A stretch of DNA of 64,000 bases from Trichoplax sp. H2 (lineage: Eukaryota). The notes below the pieces were generated by a model. It saw only the letters and a program-made list of their open reading frames with translations, searched no databases and had not been told where the DNA came from. Where the stretch lies: assembly GCA_003344405.1 (NCBI GenBank), contig NOWV01000011.1:372001-436000 (forward strand), given 5' to 3'. Shown piece by piece: positions 38,749-53,300 of this stretch (its first letter is position 1; each line of letters opens with the position of its first letter). The translations under genes and the position numbers were made by a program.

Positions 38749-41700
38749 ATGACAGTATCTAAAAACTGCTTAAGAATGATATTCCCTTGTCGGAAGCTTT
38801 CTAGCATATCCTTGGGACGGGTGCTATAGACATCGAGTCTAGGTGTAATGTTATTATTCTGTTATTGTAGCCGTTTATTGTTGCTACTTTTATTCGGTTA
38901 TCTTTGTATTATGGAAAAGTTGACATTTCTCTGAATGAGATCATTGCGTGATAGAAAACAATTAAATGGTAGCACTGAATTCGATACTTGTGTCGTTATT
39001 TTTTTCAAATTGTCTTGCTAATGAGAGTAGGCGGAGTAAGCTGCAAGGAAGCATAAATTGATTCGTGAGTATCATTTGCATTGATTAGTACAATAAATCA
39101 GCAGAAAGTTATTTCCAATGATATTCATTTGATATTGTTACAAATTAATTTCAATGTGCCTTGGAAATCTGGTCAAATATTTCAATTTTTTCACGTAGAA
39201 CATCAGCAATTCCAAATTGGCAGAATCTGCGTAATCATGTAGGATTTTCGATACAATTCGAGCTTTAATGACTAACATTAGCTTGATAAATTTATTTCTA
39301 GACGTATTGTCAAAGATCGTCTTACCAAGACTTTTAAAAATAGCATTTGACTCATACGTATACGCAATCGATTACTTCAACAAAAATGTTATCATATCAG
39401 TGCATCTAATTTTCGTTTCTTTTTCTTTTCTCGAATGCTTTGGGTGTCTAATTATAAGCAGAAAAGTTAATTTTCGTTAAGGTTGATAGATTAAAGAAGA
39501 AAGATGTAAACTAAAATTTTTTTTAATTTCTTATTTTACCCTGAATTACAATGTAGTACTGTGATTTTAAAGAGATGATCGATACCGTCTTTTTTAGCAG
39601 CTAATGCTTAAATTATCATCTTCGATCTTTAACGAAAGTGAATGTTTGACTATCGTTAAGTAATTCTAATTAAATAATTAGAGCTTCTATTTTGATCTTG
39701 TACCTTGTACTGAAGTACGATGTTGCAGAATCAAATAGGAAAGCTCACTGTTGTCGTAACAAACATACAGTAGATATTGAAATAGAGTGAAATCACATTA
39801 GTCGATATTGGCTCAATCTCAATCTAGTAGGTAGAAAGTGTACTTTTTGACCTATCCGGCTATTATCTAGTTAGTAAAAGTTAACACAACTCATTATTAA
39901 ATATATTGGATAGCTCTTTATGCTGGCTATTTCTTGCAATACTTTTCCTATGCGTACCCAATGGCGTCAGGAAATAGAAAGGCAGACCTATTGAACAAGT
40001 AACCGAATGGATTTTTGTCAAGCCAACATTCATTTATGATATAACATGCAAATAACGTTAAGAGACCGACAGATAGTAACAATGAAGAAGAATGATGTTA
40101 TTAGGTGCAAGCAAAGTTAACAATCAATTTTGATTAGATTGATGGATTGGATGTGATTGAAAAATGATCAAGATAGAAATAAACAATTACGCATAAAATG
40201 TTATGACCCTGATAAGAATTTGATTAAAATAGCGTGACAGGTTGATTTTTAATCTTTAATCGATATTGCTAACCAAGTGGTAGGATTAGATCAGTCTTGT
40301 AGGGTTAGCATGAAAAACCTGGACAAGTTTATAAGCCAGATGGTAAAATGTTTATGATCTTTGAGATGAGAAAGCATTGACAAGACAGTTTCTCCATTCT
40401 AATGGCAATCTTACAACTCCCACTCTTTTCAGCTAATGTTGAATGAGTGCTAATTATGCATTACATTTGAACAATTTTTAATAATGGTAAGCTGGTTTCT
40501 ATCATCAACGAGTTAATCTGGTGTGATTGATAGCTCTATTACCAATATAGTCTTTATTAATTGTTGTTGAATTAACTGAAATAATGAAACCAATATTATT
40601 GACACATGGATGGTTAGCCACGTTGAGAACTTTTTTCTTTTGGGCTTTAAATCATCAGTATCAATTTTTTCTAATATGCAAATCACTTTTCTACGCTTAA
40701 GGTAACATATTTTATCTATCGTTGATAGCTTCTAGTATTGAAGTGGATAGATATTGCCTTATTGAGGGTAGTTGAGTGATTCTATAGGAGGCAAAGACAT
40801 TCAAATTTTATCTAACTTTGTTACGAGACGTGGGAATTATTACTATTTACTCCATATGAACGATTTGCTGTATTGATAATATAGCAACTTCGTACTTAAT
40901 CTTCAGATTATTAGCGGCTTGTGCGTTATCATTGTTGGCTAAAATACTTTAGTATTACTCTTTGGCTTTAAAATAATAGATAATCTAAGCCATTTGGGCA
41001 ACATATGGTCCATTTATCTATTAATGCAAGCCTTGATCGTTGTCCTAAATATTAACCATAACCGACTATAAAGGTTACTCAATTACTGATATTATTTTGT
41101 TGTAAATAGAAGTATTCTTGACGTAAAAAAGGTTAATATAGTCATACATTAATAGAAATCAAGAAAGAAAACATTTGTCTCGGTAGCTAATATTTTTCTG
41201 ATTTATTGATGCAAACTGATGATGTCTTTGATTGATTTCTACATTTTAATGTGATGTATTATATTGATCAATAAAATGCATTCAACATGGTCATGTTAAT
41301 GTCTTAGTCTTTATTGTTATCACAGTAAAGTCTAGTGCTCATTATTTCACAATCAATATTATTATTCTAACGTATACATTTTATATTAACATGTTGTGCT
41401 GTATGTGAATAAGAATAGGCTAAGAAATACAGTCCAACTTTATCTTCATGCTTACAGCCGTTTGATTGATTTTCTGATGTAAATAGTAAAACTAGAGTTA
41501 TTGATTACAGCCTTGAGCGAACTTAAAGTATCCAAACTAAACATTTTTTCAATTAGCTATTTTTAAAATAAGCTACCTATTAAGACTAAGATTGATCATG
41601 AACATTATTGTATGTTTGCGATACAGAAAGGGCGATTTGCGTAAAAATTAATCAAAAAATTGACTCTGGAAAATTACATTATGATATTAAATTTTTCAAC

Positions 41701-43419
41701 CAATTGTATTCGCTATTACAACTTGTTTATAACACGATCATGTCATGTAATAATATTTCATCAATGAAATAAAAATAGATCCAACAGTAGACTATTTGCT
41801 ATATGACATGACAACAAAATAGGAAGTTATCAATAACCAGAGAAAAACAAATACCTTGATGCATACAGATTCAATTTTATCGAATATCATCAATATATCC
41901 ATTTCAACGACACAATCCTCTACAGTCGTGAAAAAGGATTTAAATGAGCAGATGAAGAGAGAAATTCAGTTTAAGTAGCTGCAATATTTTTTACTCAGCT
42001 ACTCCATTACATTAAGAAAAAGATTGTTATTCATGCTAAAATAGGGTACAGAATGGAGATTATTGTTTTGTTCATTCTGGAGCCGTATCTTTGGACTTTT
42101 TACAAATCAACTTGAATAATTGTATGTACTCCTTTTTTATTAAGTCAGCTAGATTAGTTGTTTTCCTATTATAGTTATAACTTTTCGATGACTTTTGTCA
42201 TTAAATAAAATTATGCACCTGTTCTAATTACCATCTATTGAAAGGTTACTTCAAGTGATATTGTCATGTTACAGAAAAGTGAATGGAAAAACGCATGGAA
42301 AAATAATTATAAAATAGTCCTCATTTAAAATGAGAATCTAATATGAAATGATGGAAAGATCATTCTCTAATTCTTTCTTTCTTGACCTTTCATCCATAGC
42401 AAAAGAAGTTTTTAAATATTATCAGCATACTTGATATTTCAATCGGAACGATTAGTGTACGATCAGCTTGATTTTTGATTAGTCTATTGTTGAATTTGTA
42501 TCAAAATAGGATCAAATATTTATAACCACCAGGATTGATGATACTGTCGATTTAAGCTAATTAACAATAGCCTGACTGAGGAATCGATGTCTGTTGCGAC
42601 TATTATAATAATAATTGAAATCAGTTTTTAATAGCTTTAGTGTCTTAAAGTGATTGATTGCCATTTGCCCATTGATATTTCAATCAAATGATAGATTTAG
42701 AACTTACGTTTGTTTTCATGTCTCGCCTAGCTTTTGTTCGATCCTACATGTCGTTATTATTGCAATCCATGGTATATAAAAGGTTATCCTTTCAATGATT
42801 ATTAATTAGTGTATGTTTTATCCTGACAGTTGAATATCATCTTAACTGAAAGCCTTTCAGCCGCAATTGCCATTTAGCCTTGCATACTTTTGATATCGAT
42901 TCAGTCTTGATTTAACCTTGAAATTACTTTCCGTTTTACCCAGTCGAAACTTTTTTAAGTTAGATTGTTTTCCATTAAGAAATAGTAGAAAGCTCCAATT
43001 GAACAAGCTACGAGATTAGTGCATATTTGCATTAACTAGAGTGCGATCCAAGTTACAATCTTATCATTGACGTGAAGAAGATTTAATTTGAAAGCAGAAA
43101 GTGAGAAAAGGTTGCTCAAATCTTTTTAACGCTTGCTGTTTTTGGCTGAAGAAGGAGAGGTTAGTAAAAGCTATCCAAATTTAAGTGGATGTTATTCACT
43201 TCGGACATTGATCGCCAATCTTTGCACAATTTATCAATCTATTTCTATCACCATTAATTATGTTGATTCAATAGTTTAATTGAAGAAAGAAAATTTTTGT
43301 ATCCTATTTGTAGTCAAAAGGCCATTTTTACAACTAATATTACTAATAATAACTTGAGGCATGTAGAATCCATCCGAATTTTCAATCACGGTCACCATTA
43401 CTTATTCCATTTAGGACAT

Positions 43420-46400
43420 ATGAATACCACTACGGCCCATAAAACATCTAACAGTTCTAATTCATTTGAATGTAATGGTACTCATTCCATCGATGGTATA
43501 TTAGGGATATCTGGAGAGAAATCTGGTAAGAGTAAGATAGATATTCTCTCTACCAATTTACTAAGTGACTGTTACCAATGTTATATCTCATCTTAAGATG
43601 CCATTCATTATTTGATGCTAATCTTAAGGGAAATACTGACCGCATAGATACGGTTCAATTAATTTTAGTATTTTAAGTCCAAATAGTACCATAGTCTTGA
43701 TCTCATTTCGAAGACGTATAGCAACTTATGTCAATCTGTTTGAGCTTACAGCGTCTAGTTATTGAAACCCCACATTGACAAACGAATTAAGTTTTACCTA
43801 AATTTTATCATTCATCCATGTACTCATATGGCTCAAATGATGGATAAGATTATTTTGCTTTCTTACTATCCTATTTGTGATCATTTTTAGTACGGCATTC
43901 TAAGTACTTAATTTTTTTCAGTAGTTTCAGCTTTCAATTTGTATCATGTTCACGTAGAGGGAAGGTGTCAGTATCTCAAAGCTAGACCTTTAAAGAATTA
44001 TTTATTTTCTCTATCGTTATTCCGTTATAACATTTCTGAGTGTCGGGATTAATAAGCGATTATTAAGCTGGCGCGGTCGACTGCTGGCAACGCTTGAAAT
44101 TGAGTTTAAACCTACTAATTCTTGTCCATAGAACGTTTACCAATATTATTATCATTTACATTAATGATGAGAATATATTTAAATTACTATTTAGAATAGG
44201 ATGATTCTTATATTGTATAACAATTAGAACGGCCCTGTAGAGAAAAAAATGTGTAGAGTTCGTCTACCTAATGCTATCTTTGTAAATTACAATTATAAAA
44301 TCTATCAAGATCTACCTATCTATCCTATTTTGAGTAGCATAAAGGTCACTAGCTTATACAGCAAGTATTGTGCGAGAATTTTTCAATTATTTTCGATTGG
44401 TTATTCCAAACATTACCCGTATACTTTTTAAAAAATATCACCGCTATTGATTATAAAAATCTATCCTGTGCATAGCAAGCGATCCTATAGGTATCATTCA
44501 AATTCACCTGTAGTTACTATCTTTTGAATTGAAGAGTTAATTAAAAAGTTTATTCTATTACACTGATTATAGCGTGAAAACGCTATTAGGCTTGAGCGAA
44601 ATATAATAAACGATCATTAGTAGGACTCCAAGACTAGCCAATCTCTTAGGATACAACTGTATGGTATTTATTAGACTTGGTATTGTTTCAAGATGTAGTC
44701 GATTTTAGAAGAAGCCGCAAGAAGTAATTCTTGCATTTAGAATAGATGATTCGTATTTAATATTAAGCTATTATTTAGAAGTGAGGTGATGGAATAATCT
44801 GATTTATTGATTCGAAGTGAAGTTGCTTCTAGATGATGATGATTGCAACTCCTTATCGACTGTCTTAATATAGATTAAACTAGTTATAAATCATTCTAGG
44901 CTCAACTTTTTGCAATTAAAAAGTATAAAATTAATTGAATTGATTATCCGTAGTTATTGTAGTCTTTGCTATTTCGGCTATGACAAGTGTAAAGGTGCAA
45001 CCAAGTGTTGGAAATTAATGGATTGATTAAAATTATCTACGACTAATTTCTACATCTTCCCTATCATTAGATAAGGCAGACGATAATCTATGAAATCAAT
45101 TAACGTAATAAAAACATAAATTATCCTCTCATCGATACACTGATTAATTATTAGAACAGTGTAACAATCATTGAGTGTATTCAATTCTAGTGATAATAGC
45201 TCCATAACAAAATCATTGTGCCTTCAAGGTGAATAATAGCAGTCAATAGAATTTTATCTAATGTTCTTGCTTAACTTACAAGCATAACTGCAAATTTTCA
45301 AATGAAAAAAGTCTATTCTGTTACAAAATTTTAAAAATATTTTTCTTTCATTTTAGAAGGGATTTAGTGACTCCATCGATTACAGCATCATAATTATTTA
45401 ATGGCTACTAGAGTACTATGACAATGTAATAATCCTGCCTAAATTTGACCTGTAGAAACCTCGCATCTATATATTCTGATTTCTACGACTGCACAGGATA
45501 TAGCAATTACGTATTTCATTTTCAACTCATTTCTCATAAATTAAGATGAATTGGATAACTTCACATTCAATAAAGCAGGAAACTTTAATATTTATTATAA
45601 TAACATGAATTCATTAAAAGTTAATCATATGAGGATGGAAGATGTTGGTAGATTAGAAATAAATTAAATGTTTTGAAATAATAGGTATTATTAACGAGGT
45701 AGGCTGGGTATTTTGAATGAGAAAGAAGGATTAATATTGACAATTGCTAAAAATGAAGGATAAAGTAATAAATAATTGGATGGATGAGTCAATCTAGAGG
45801 CTAATTTTAATGTAATTTAACCATCTTAATAATTTTTATTTCTTTCATTGCATAATCTGGTCATAATTGCACAAATGTAGCGAGCGATTTGAAATATAAT
45901 AAACGAAGTAGCCGATACAGTGACCATTCTGATGACATCGATATGAATCAAAAGAAAAGAAAATTTAATCAACAGGATCAAGATGATGTTCGTATGCCAC
46001 CACCATCACTTCCTCAACAATCATCTCATCAGCCGACATCCAATGAGAAACCTAGTAAGGTTTTAGTTAGTGGTAAGAAAAGGAAAAGATATCGAACAAC
46101 TTTTACCAGTCAACAGTTGGAAGAACTAGAAAGAGCATTTGAACTGGCGCCTTATCCCGATGTATTTACTCGCGAAGATTTAGCAACTAAAATTTCCTTA
46201 ACTGAAGCACGCGTCCAGGTAAGAATTTGTAATCACGGATTACAGTCATATTTTTATTGTTATGATCTTAAATTTTGGCCTTGATATAGCTAAAAAACAC
46301 AATTAATTTATCATTATTTTATTTATGATATGGATAGCACTCGGAGAAAAAATTAAATATCCATTTTTTAATTTTCTGTCGATAAATCGATGCTAGAAGT

Positions 46401-49400
46401 ATTTGGCAACTGTAATTTAAAAGTCAATTTTTTAGCCGAGCACGATAATGACTTAAAAATTAATATGCCTTAATAGAAATATGCTGGATTATTGAATAAT
46501 CATTTTAGGATTAATAATTATTGGCTTTAATATAAAATGTTGGTTTATTGAATTCATTATTTTTTAGTTATCCGATTTAAACTTGATTCCTTACAGTTTT
46601 TCAAGCCAATAGCATTCAAAATACTTCTTAATTCACTATTTTGATGCACTTATGCTAATTACCGAGGTTTACCTGTATGAAGATCTGCCAAATACTAATA
46701 ATATGTAGCTGTTATTCGAACATGTCACAGATCTTAAGACAATCACTGCCATAAAGTAAAAATATTTCCCGGAAAACTAGTCAATTTGCTATTGGGATGA
46801 TTGTATTGCAGAATACTAAAAGCGAAAATATCTCTATGATTTCGGGAAAGATGTTAGCATGATGCTTTTGCATAATAATTTAAAGGTCATTAAACGTCTA
46901 TTATTGCGCCAAGTTGAACATATTCGCCATTATTTCGCTTCATTGTGACTGCAACGGAAGTCGCGATATATTTTATATTGTCATAAACGTATCTAAAGCG
47001 TTCTGTACTGGCAATTAATAGTATCGAAAGAAGATATTGAATCATAACTATTCCTTTTAAATTGACGCATATAGGTTGATTTGAGAATTGGCCAGCAATC
47101 AGTATTAGTATTCATCGTTGTGTCCTATGCTCCATATGACTATTAAGGTCTAGAACAGATACTTTTCTATTACCTTAATTTTTTAATGTCCGGTATGGTG
47201 TTAATATTTCAGATAAAAGCTATACTAGTATCGACACTTTTTATATATTAATTTGGTTAATATATTTTCTTGAGACAATTTGCTACATTATTTTCATATT
47301 AATGGTTGGATCGAGGTTAAGATATTAACTGCTTGTAGCCTGAATATTTTTATCATTTGGCGGGTATTTTTTATTTATTATATTTCCGTAATTAAAAGTA
47401 GATTCTCTATATAGGTGTTATTAGAACTAAATTAGATAGATATATTGCAAACGAAGTAAAGAAATTGATGCAATTTAACACTATACTAAACCTTGGTGGT
47501 GAAAGCGATAAACTAAGTTATTCTAAATACATTGCATAATTGATTTATGATAGGTTTGGTTCCAAAATAGGCGTGCCAAATGGAGAAAAAAAGAAAAATT
47601 TGTCAATAACAGCAATCGAAATGGATCAATTGTCCACTCCAATGTTTATGCTCCATTTTATCAAAGTAGCCATGTTACTAGCTCTTATCATCCTAATATC
47701 ATGTATTCCAACTTTACAACAGGTGAGATGCTCTTCCTCAGATTTTTAAACATTGATATGATTTATAGTAGAGTGGATGAGTATGTAATAACAAATGTAA
47801 TATGAATAGTGGGATATCTTGTCACCTTATGAACTGTCTGACTCGTAAAAAATATATCAAAGGGACCTCATTAAGTCTAGTCTTACGAATTCTTGTTATA
47901 GAAGTATATCTAATATGACTTTTATTGACTTCGATTTTATTATGCAATCAATAATTCTTTGTCTATACTTAACATTTTCTGATATTAAATAGCCCGTATT
48001 GTAATTAATCCAAAGCATAATCTTAAATAGACTTCCGTTATTGTTTTGTTTTCTCCCTTCATAATCTGAATATTGTATTTCCAATAATTTATTACCAATC
48101 GCTTTTTAAAATTAATAATTCATATTTTACTGTACCTAAAAGATATTTGTGATGGTTAAGATTGGCTTACGTTAGATTTTAGAAAATTAACAAAACAGTC
48201 GTTATAGCCTAGAAAATAACTCAAGCATAACATTAGGCTATTAAGGTTAACTATCGAAACTAAGTTAACTTCCTTACGAGTAAATAAATTGAATGATAGT
48301 TTTCTGTTGCTAGCAGGCAAAGTTGGACAATATTATCATGGTAAAACTATAATAACATCAGGATTAAACGATTCTGAATACACAATAATAGAATTGGATC
48401 AAAAGCCTATAGAGTAGCTTGCTTAGATGTACTCATACTTAGCTCCTTCAAATATGAATTGCACAAGAAAACAATGCTGTTATTTCTGATTTTATTGCCA
48501 AGTAATTAGTACGTTCATAAATATCGGTAAATAGATTTCGGAAGTTGTCTAAATTCCATGTAGAAGAATAATACCTTATATTAAAGTAAAGCAATAATTG
48601 ATATTTTTATTAGTCTATTCGCCATATATTCGTAGACATAATGGTGGCATTTTGTTGACATATTAAATATAAATGATTATATCAGTGATTTACCACTAAT
48701 TATTATTTAAAGTTAATGAATTATGGATGCGGGCTGTAATTAATAAGACTGAAAAAACATGCATTATCTCATTTTTTTTAATTCATTGCAACACTTTTTA
48801 CTGTTTCAGACTACAAAAGTCGTGGTACTAATAATTAATCTATTAGTGATGCATAAATAGTATGTACCATATCGGTATATGCATAATTCTTAGACATGTG
48901 TATATAGCTATCCGGTAGTTACCAGTATGATTAATGATTTCTATTTTCGATGGTGACTGGTTTCCGCAGAATATTTACAAAGATTGGACCTAAAATCTGA
49001 CTAATAAATAATTAGCAAAGTATGATTAATCGGCTGAAAAATACGTAGTACCGGAAGGTGTAGTTTTTCTTGCAGTCAACTAGGTAATTGTCCAGTAGTG
49101 ATTCATTTACTTTAAGAATGCTTTATCATATTGGTAGATATCCAAAAGCTGCGAAAATTTACTTTCACTCAAACAGAATTGGATTGACTGACATGTGTTT
49201 ACACTATGACCGAAATTTTAGTGATTTGAATATTTTTTCTTTAGATTAGAATTATTACTTTAATATTCAGTTAATTAGAGAAAAGCGATATATATAGTCA
49301 CTAGAGGATTACTATTTAACAACAGTAATTAAACGCATTACCACTGGTATACTAGATACGATTATGATATTGAAGTATGGTGATGACTTCTGGACATATC

Positions 49401-50324
49401 AATTATGTATACTATACTGAACCTAATAATTCCTCTTATTTATATCTATAATTACTTACTTGCCAGATGCAATAACAAGTATTCTATATACTTTGACAAT
49501 AGCTTGAGATTAATGACTTTCAGATAACTATAACAATTGACTAGAAATTTAATATAATAGCAACTTTTCTTTAATAAAAGTATCGAAAGTAATAATTCAA
49601 AATAAGCAACAATTAAGTAAACATTGAGAGATAAGCTAGATAAAAGTTCCCAACAACCTGGCATCATAAGTATCTTAATGTTATGCCATTTATGACAAGC
49701 TAAAACCTGCTGTTGGTAGAATCATATTAAATATTAATACAAATACGACAAATAGAAGTAAGAGATTATTCAAATTAATTGATTAATTTTTATCTTTATC
49801 CGTAGTCTTATCCATGATTTATTATTAATCAATATATATAGTTATAAATCGTAACATGTACTTTCTTATATATGAATAAATTAAAGATCTTTAAAATATT
49901 TCTTATTGCGAATTCCAGTTGTTGAATGAGATGATAGCACTCCCTTAAACCCTTTTAACGCTGACTGATTGATAGAGTGCACAGTTACTTGGAGTAAGCG
50001 TTTTTTTTTACATGCAGCTCGATGTTGATAGAATACTTTTCCTAAAATGAATTACATCAATACCAATTACTTAGGAGGATTGATTACTTCTTCTGATATA
50101 ATTTATGTTGCTAATTTATTAACTAGAACTTTCTTTTAAAATATTTTAACTTAGGCGTTCACTTAGATCCAACTGTACCAGCAACTTCATTTTTACATCC
50201 TACTCAACGATCTGCTGTTTATCGGCCATTACCATCGGTAGCTGTGCGTGGAGGTGCTCAACCTTTCATCGCTGGTCAACCATCAACTGACCACTTAATT
50301 AATCGTGCTGGTCTTAGCAAGTAG
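43420..50324 (+). CDS. Paired-like (PRD class, Q50) homeobox transcription factor with N-terminal eh1/octapeptide, Repo-like (Arx/Hbn/Repo group), 4 coding exons, 260 aa
   Basis: Exons 43420-43525, 45881-46218, 47554-47722 and 50155-50324 (phases 1, 0, 1; 783 nt). Octapeptide HSIDGILG in exon 1. Homeodomain [61 protein letters not shown], with the typical PRD-class intron between Q and V. No paired domain and no OAR motif seen. A probable 5' UTR exon ends at 43159 (gag|gttagt) and splices to 43415. The PRD class call is firm; the family assignment is not. Confidence 0.9.
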
Positions 50325-53300
50325 AGTTTCAATAGTACATTCGAGTATTAAAGGCCTTTGTATGAATCATTGCGAATTATACCTGATCCTAATCCGTTAA
50401 GATCTTACTCTTATGGATTGCACATTATCATTCTATCGGTATTTATTTCGTTAATTTAAGGCATTTGCGATTGAGAAAATAACACTCTTGCGGATATCTA
50501 CTTATAAATCAATCGATTTAATCAAAAGATACCGCAATTGCTAGTAAATTAGTAAAATGGTCTAAAAAAATGGATTTATGAAGTTATTGATTAATATATA
50601 AGTATTATAAAGTATTGCCATTTTGGTAACAAAAGTGATTAACTTGGCTTAATTAATTTTTTGTTATCATATCACTATCTATAGCTCTATCATCGTATTA
50701 AAGCACTCTTTAATTAACATTATTATTATCATTTTAACATCATATTATATAAGACTATTTTCCGTATTAATAAAGTAATTAGAATAGAAGTAAGGGTGCT
50801 GTCATGGTCAGTAACTAAATGATTCAAGCTTTATTCTGAAGTTTTACCTAGATTGTGTTAAAGTTATGTTTTGATTAGTACTCTGAAAGTGCTACCATAG
50901 ATATCAAATTCCTAATGTATTAAAAGTGAACAGTAAGTCATGGTCTGGTATAGCTTATGTTTTGAACTTCTACCTAAGTTAACAATAGAGGTTTAAAAAA
51001 TATTTATTCAGTATAAATATGGAAAAATACCCGTAGATATTAATCAGCTAATTCGTTCTCTTAGCCCTTCTTCTCATTCTCATTGATGCATATATCGCAA
51101 ATAATGGACGTTCACCCGCTAATTATTTATTATAATGGAGCTATATTCTCCTGATTAAGCCTAGAAAAGAGATTACATCTTATCGTAGTATAGCATAAAT
51201 TCTTATTTGTTCAAACTAAATTTGTATTAGTATTATCCTCTGGTGAATCTATGTTTTATTGGTAAAATATTGCTATAGAACTGGAAGTAATCAATAAGGT
51301 AGAAGATACTGAGATATTGCAATTAAATTTATGTATTGGTCATCGTAATATCCGCTTAATCTGTAGCGGTTTTGATGATGTACAATAGTGCGATATCTCA
51401 GTGTAGCACTTTATTTTAGGTGTAGACTTGCTGAACCTCTATGAAAAATTCTCTGCATGACTACAAATTTATCTCTCTGTTAAAACAAGTGATGACGTGA
51501 TCAACTTAAAGAAAATGTATTAGTTTACTTATGCGATAGATTTTACAAGTAGTAAAAATTGCTGGCATGAGATATGTTATTGAATATAATCGTGATCTTA
51601 CAACTGTCTAATTATAATTATAATTATGATATTTACGTGTATACTGATATGTTGGTTTATAAAACTACTGAAAGGTAGTAATAATCAAAAATTCCGTTAT
51701 TGCAATTATTTATATTATACGTATAACTATATTTCAAAAAAGGGTTGCTGTAGCCTGATGGAGCTTGAGGATAACTTTTGAAGTATCTACAAGAATTATT
51801 TCATATCTTATGACTCATTATAATCTTAGAGTCTTGCCATTGATTTATTTTAATCTGCTATATTGCGGCATTTCAGTATCATCACAACTGGTATGAAATA
51901 GATTTTGTGATTTATGATCGTTATTTGGTATCCTTATATAGCTACCCATACGTAAATATAGAATTGTTTTTATATGCATTCTATGCCATCTTAAAGATAT
52001 GTGTATATCTATATCTATATAAATATATACCCCTGTATGGATTGGTATACTATCTATAAATGCCAAAAACTGATAAACCAGTACCGCTTATCATTTGTGA
52101 TTACGATACGGAAAAGCAATGCTAATTCGGTAGTTTTATTCCTTGGTATGTTTACTAGAAGATATTTATTCGGGTGATTTATGGTGAATATGGAATGATA
52201 AATTTTTAAAAATCTTCTAATGTATTTCTTCGCAAGATGATCGTCCAAATAAATGATTATTTAAACTTAGAGACCTGAGTACTAAGTGAATTTAACACAA
52301 TGTAAATCAGCATGGTAATTTAACGAGTTTAGGTTTGTAAATTTTAACATCTGCTAAGCAGTTCGTGCATGTGGTACAGAGCTGATACTTACTACCATTG
52401 TAAGTCTATCATGAAGTTAATAAATTCGTTTAAATCGACTTATTTGTACTTGTTACATTACATTGTAATTTCAATTATTAATCATGGCTAAAAGGAATGC
52501 AATGGAATATTAGAAGGAGGGGCAACATATGCAATTATACATTTGTTTGAAGGGAAATTTGATACCAAGTAACATGAGCCAGTTATAGATGCAGTACCCA
52601 TTGATTTATATTTCAAGAAGCGCACAAGTTTTTAGTGATATTGCTGATATTACAAAGATTTTACGACTTTTGTTAAAGATGCAATAATAATATTGGCAAA
52701 ATTTACAATATAGGAAATTGAATATATACATCAGAGTAGCACGGAAGATGACGAGTTATCATAGTACCGCATGCTTGTAAACCCCCTAATTGCAATTGAC
52801 TGTAGCTATATTCTAATCATGCTGATGATATTTCGGCGGAGAGATTTATCAGAATTAGCTAATTGTAATAGTTAAAGAAATTTTTAAATTTTCTTTTTGA
52901 GTCTGCAACTAGAAATTGAATATCAGATAAATTGTTTTAATTCTCCAGACTTAATTGACAGTATTCTTATTCTTTAAGGGGTGAAAGATTTTAATAATTT
53001 GTATTATACATACGCATAAAAGTATAGTGACTATACTAGGAAGTATTTTCCCTCCTATAATCTTTATGATACTATCTTGTCATCATAAAAGCTGCCGTAT
53101 AAAATTTACTTACATGTAAGCAGCATATCTATTTATTTATTTATTAAATGTCTTCCAGAGTTTGGGAGGGTATACTGCGTTTAATATTTAATTTATAGAA
53201 TGAGAAGCTAATGATTAAACAAAAGAGATTTACTTCTCAAAAATGCTGCTATATTAACCTATAATGTTAAAAGATGCTTAGGTACGATACAATACTGATT

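Noticed and set aside
43297-46284. PaxB/Pax-type call based on the HSIDGILG octapeptide, and the track ORFs 43297-43596 and 45889-46284 as separate genes
   Set aside because: The homeodomain is Q50 (WFQN), not S50, and no paired-domain exon was found upstream. Both ORFs are exons of one gene read through into introns.
35800-50000. TAAT/ATTA palindromes as homeodomain autoregulatory sites (e.g. TAATTGATTA at ~49776)
   Set aside because: Expected by chance in such AT-rich DNA; cannot be supported without conservation data.
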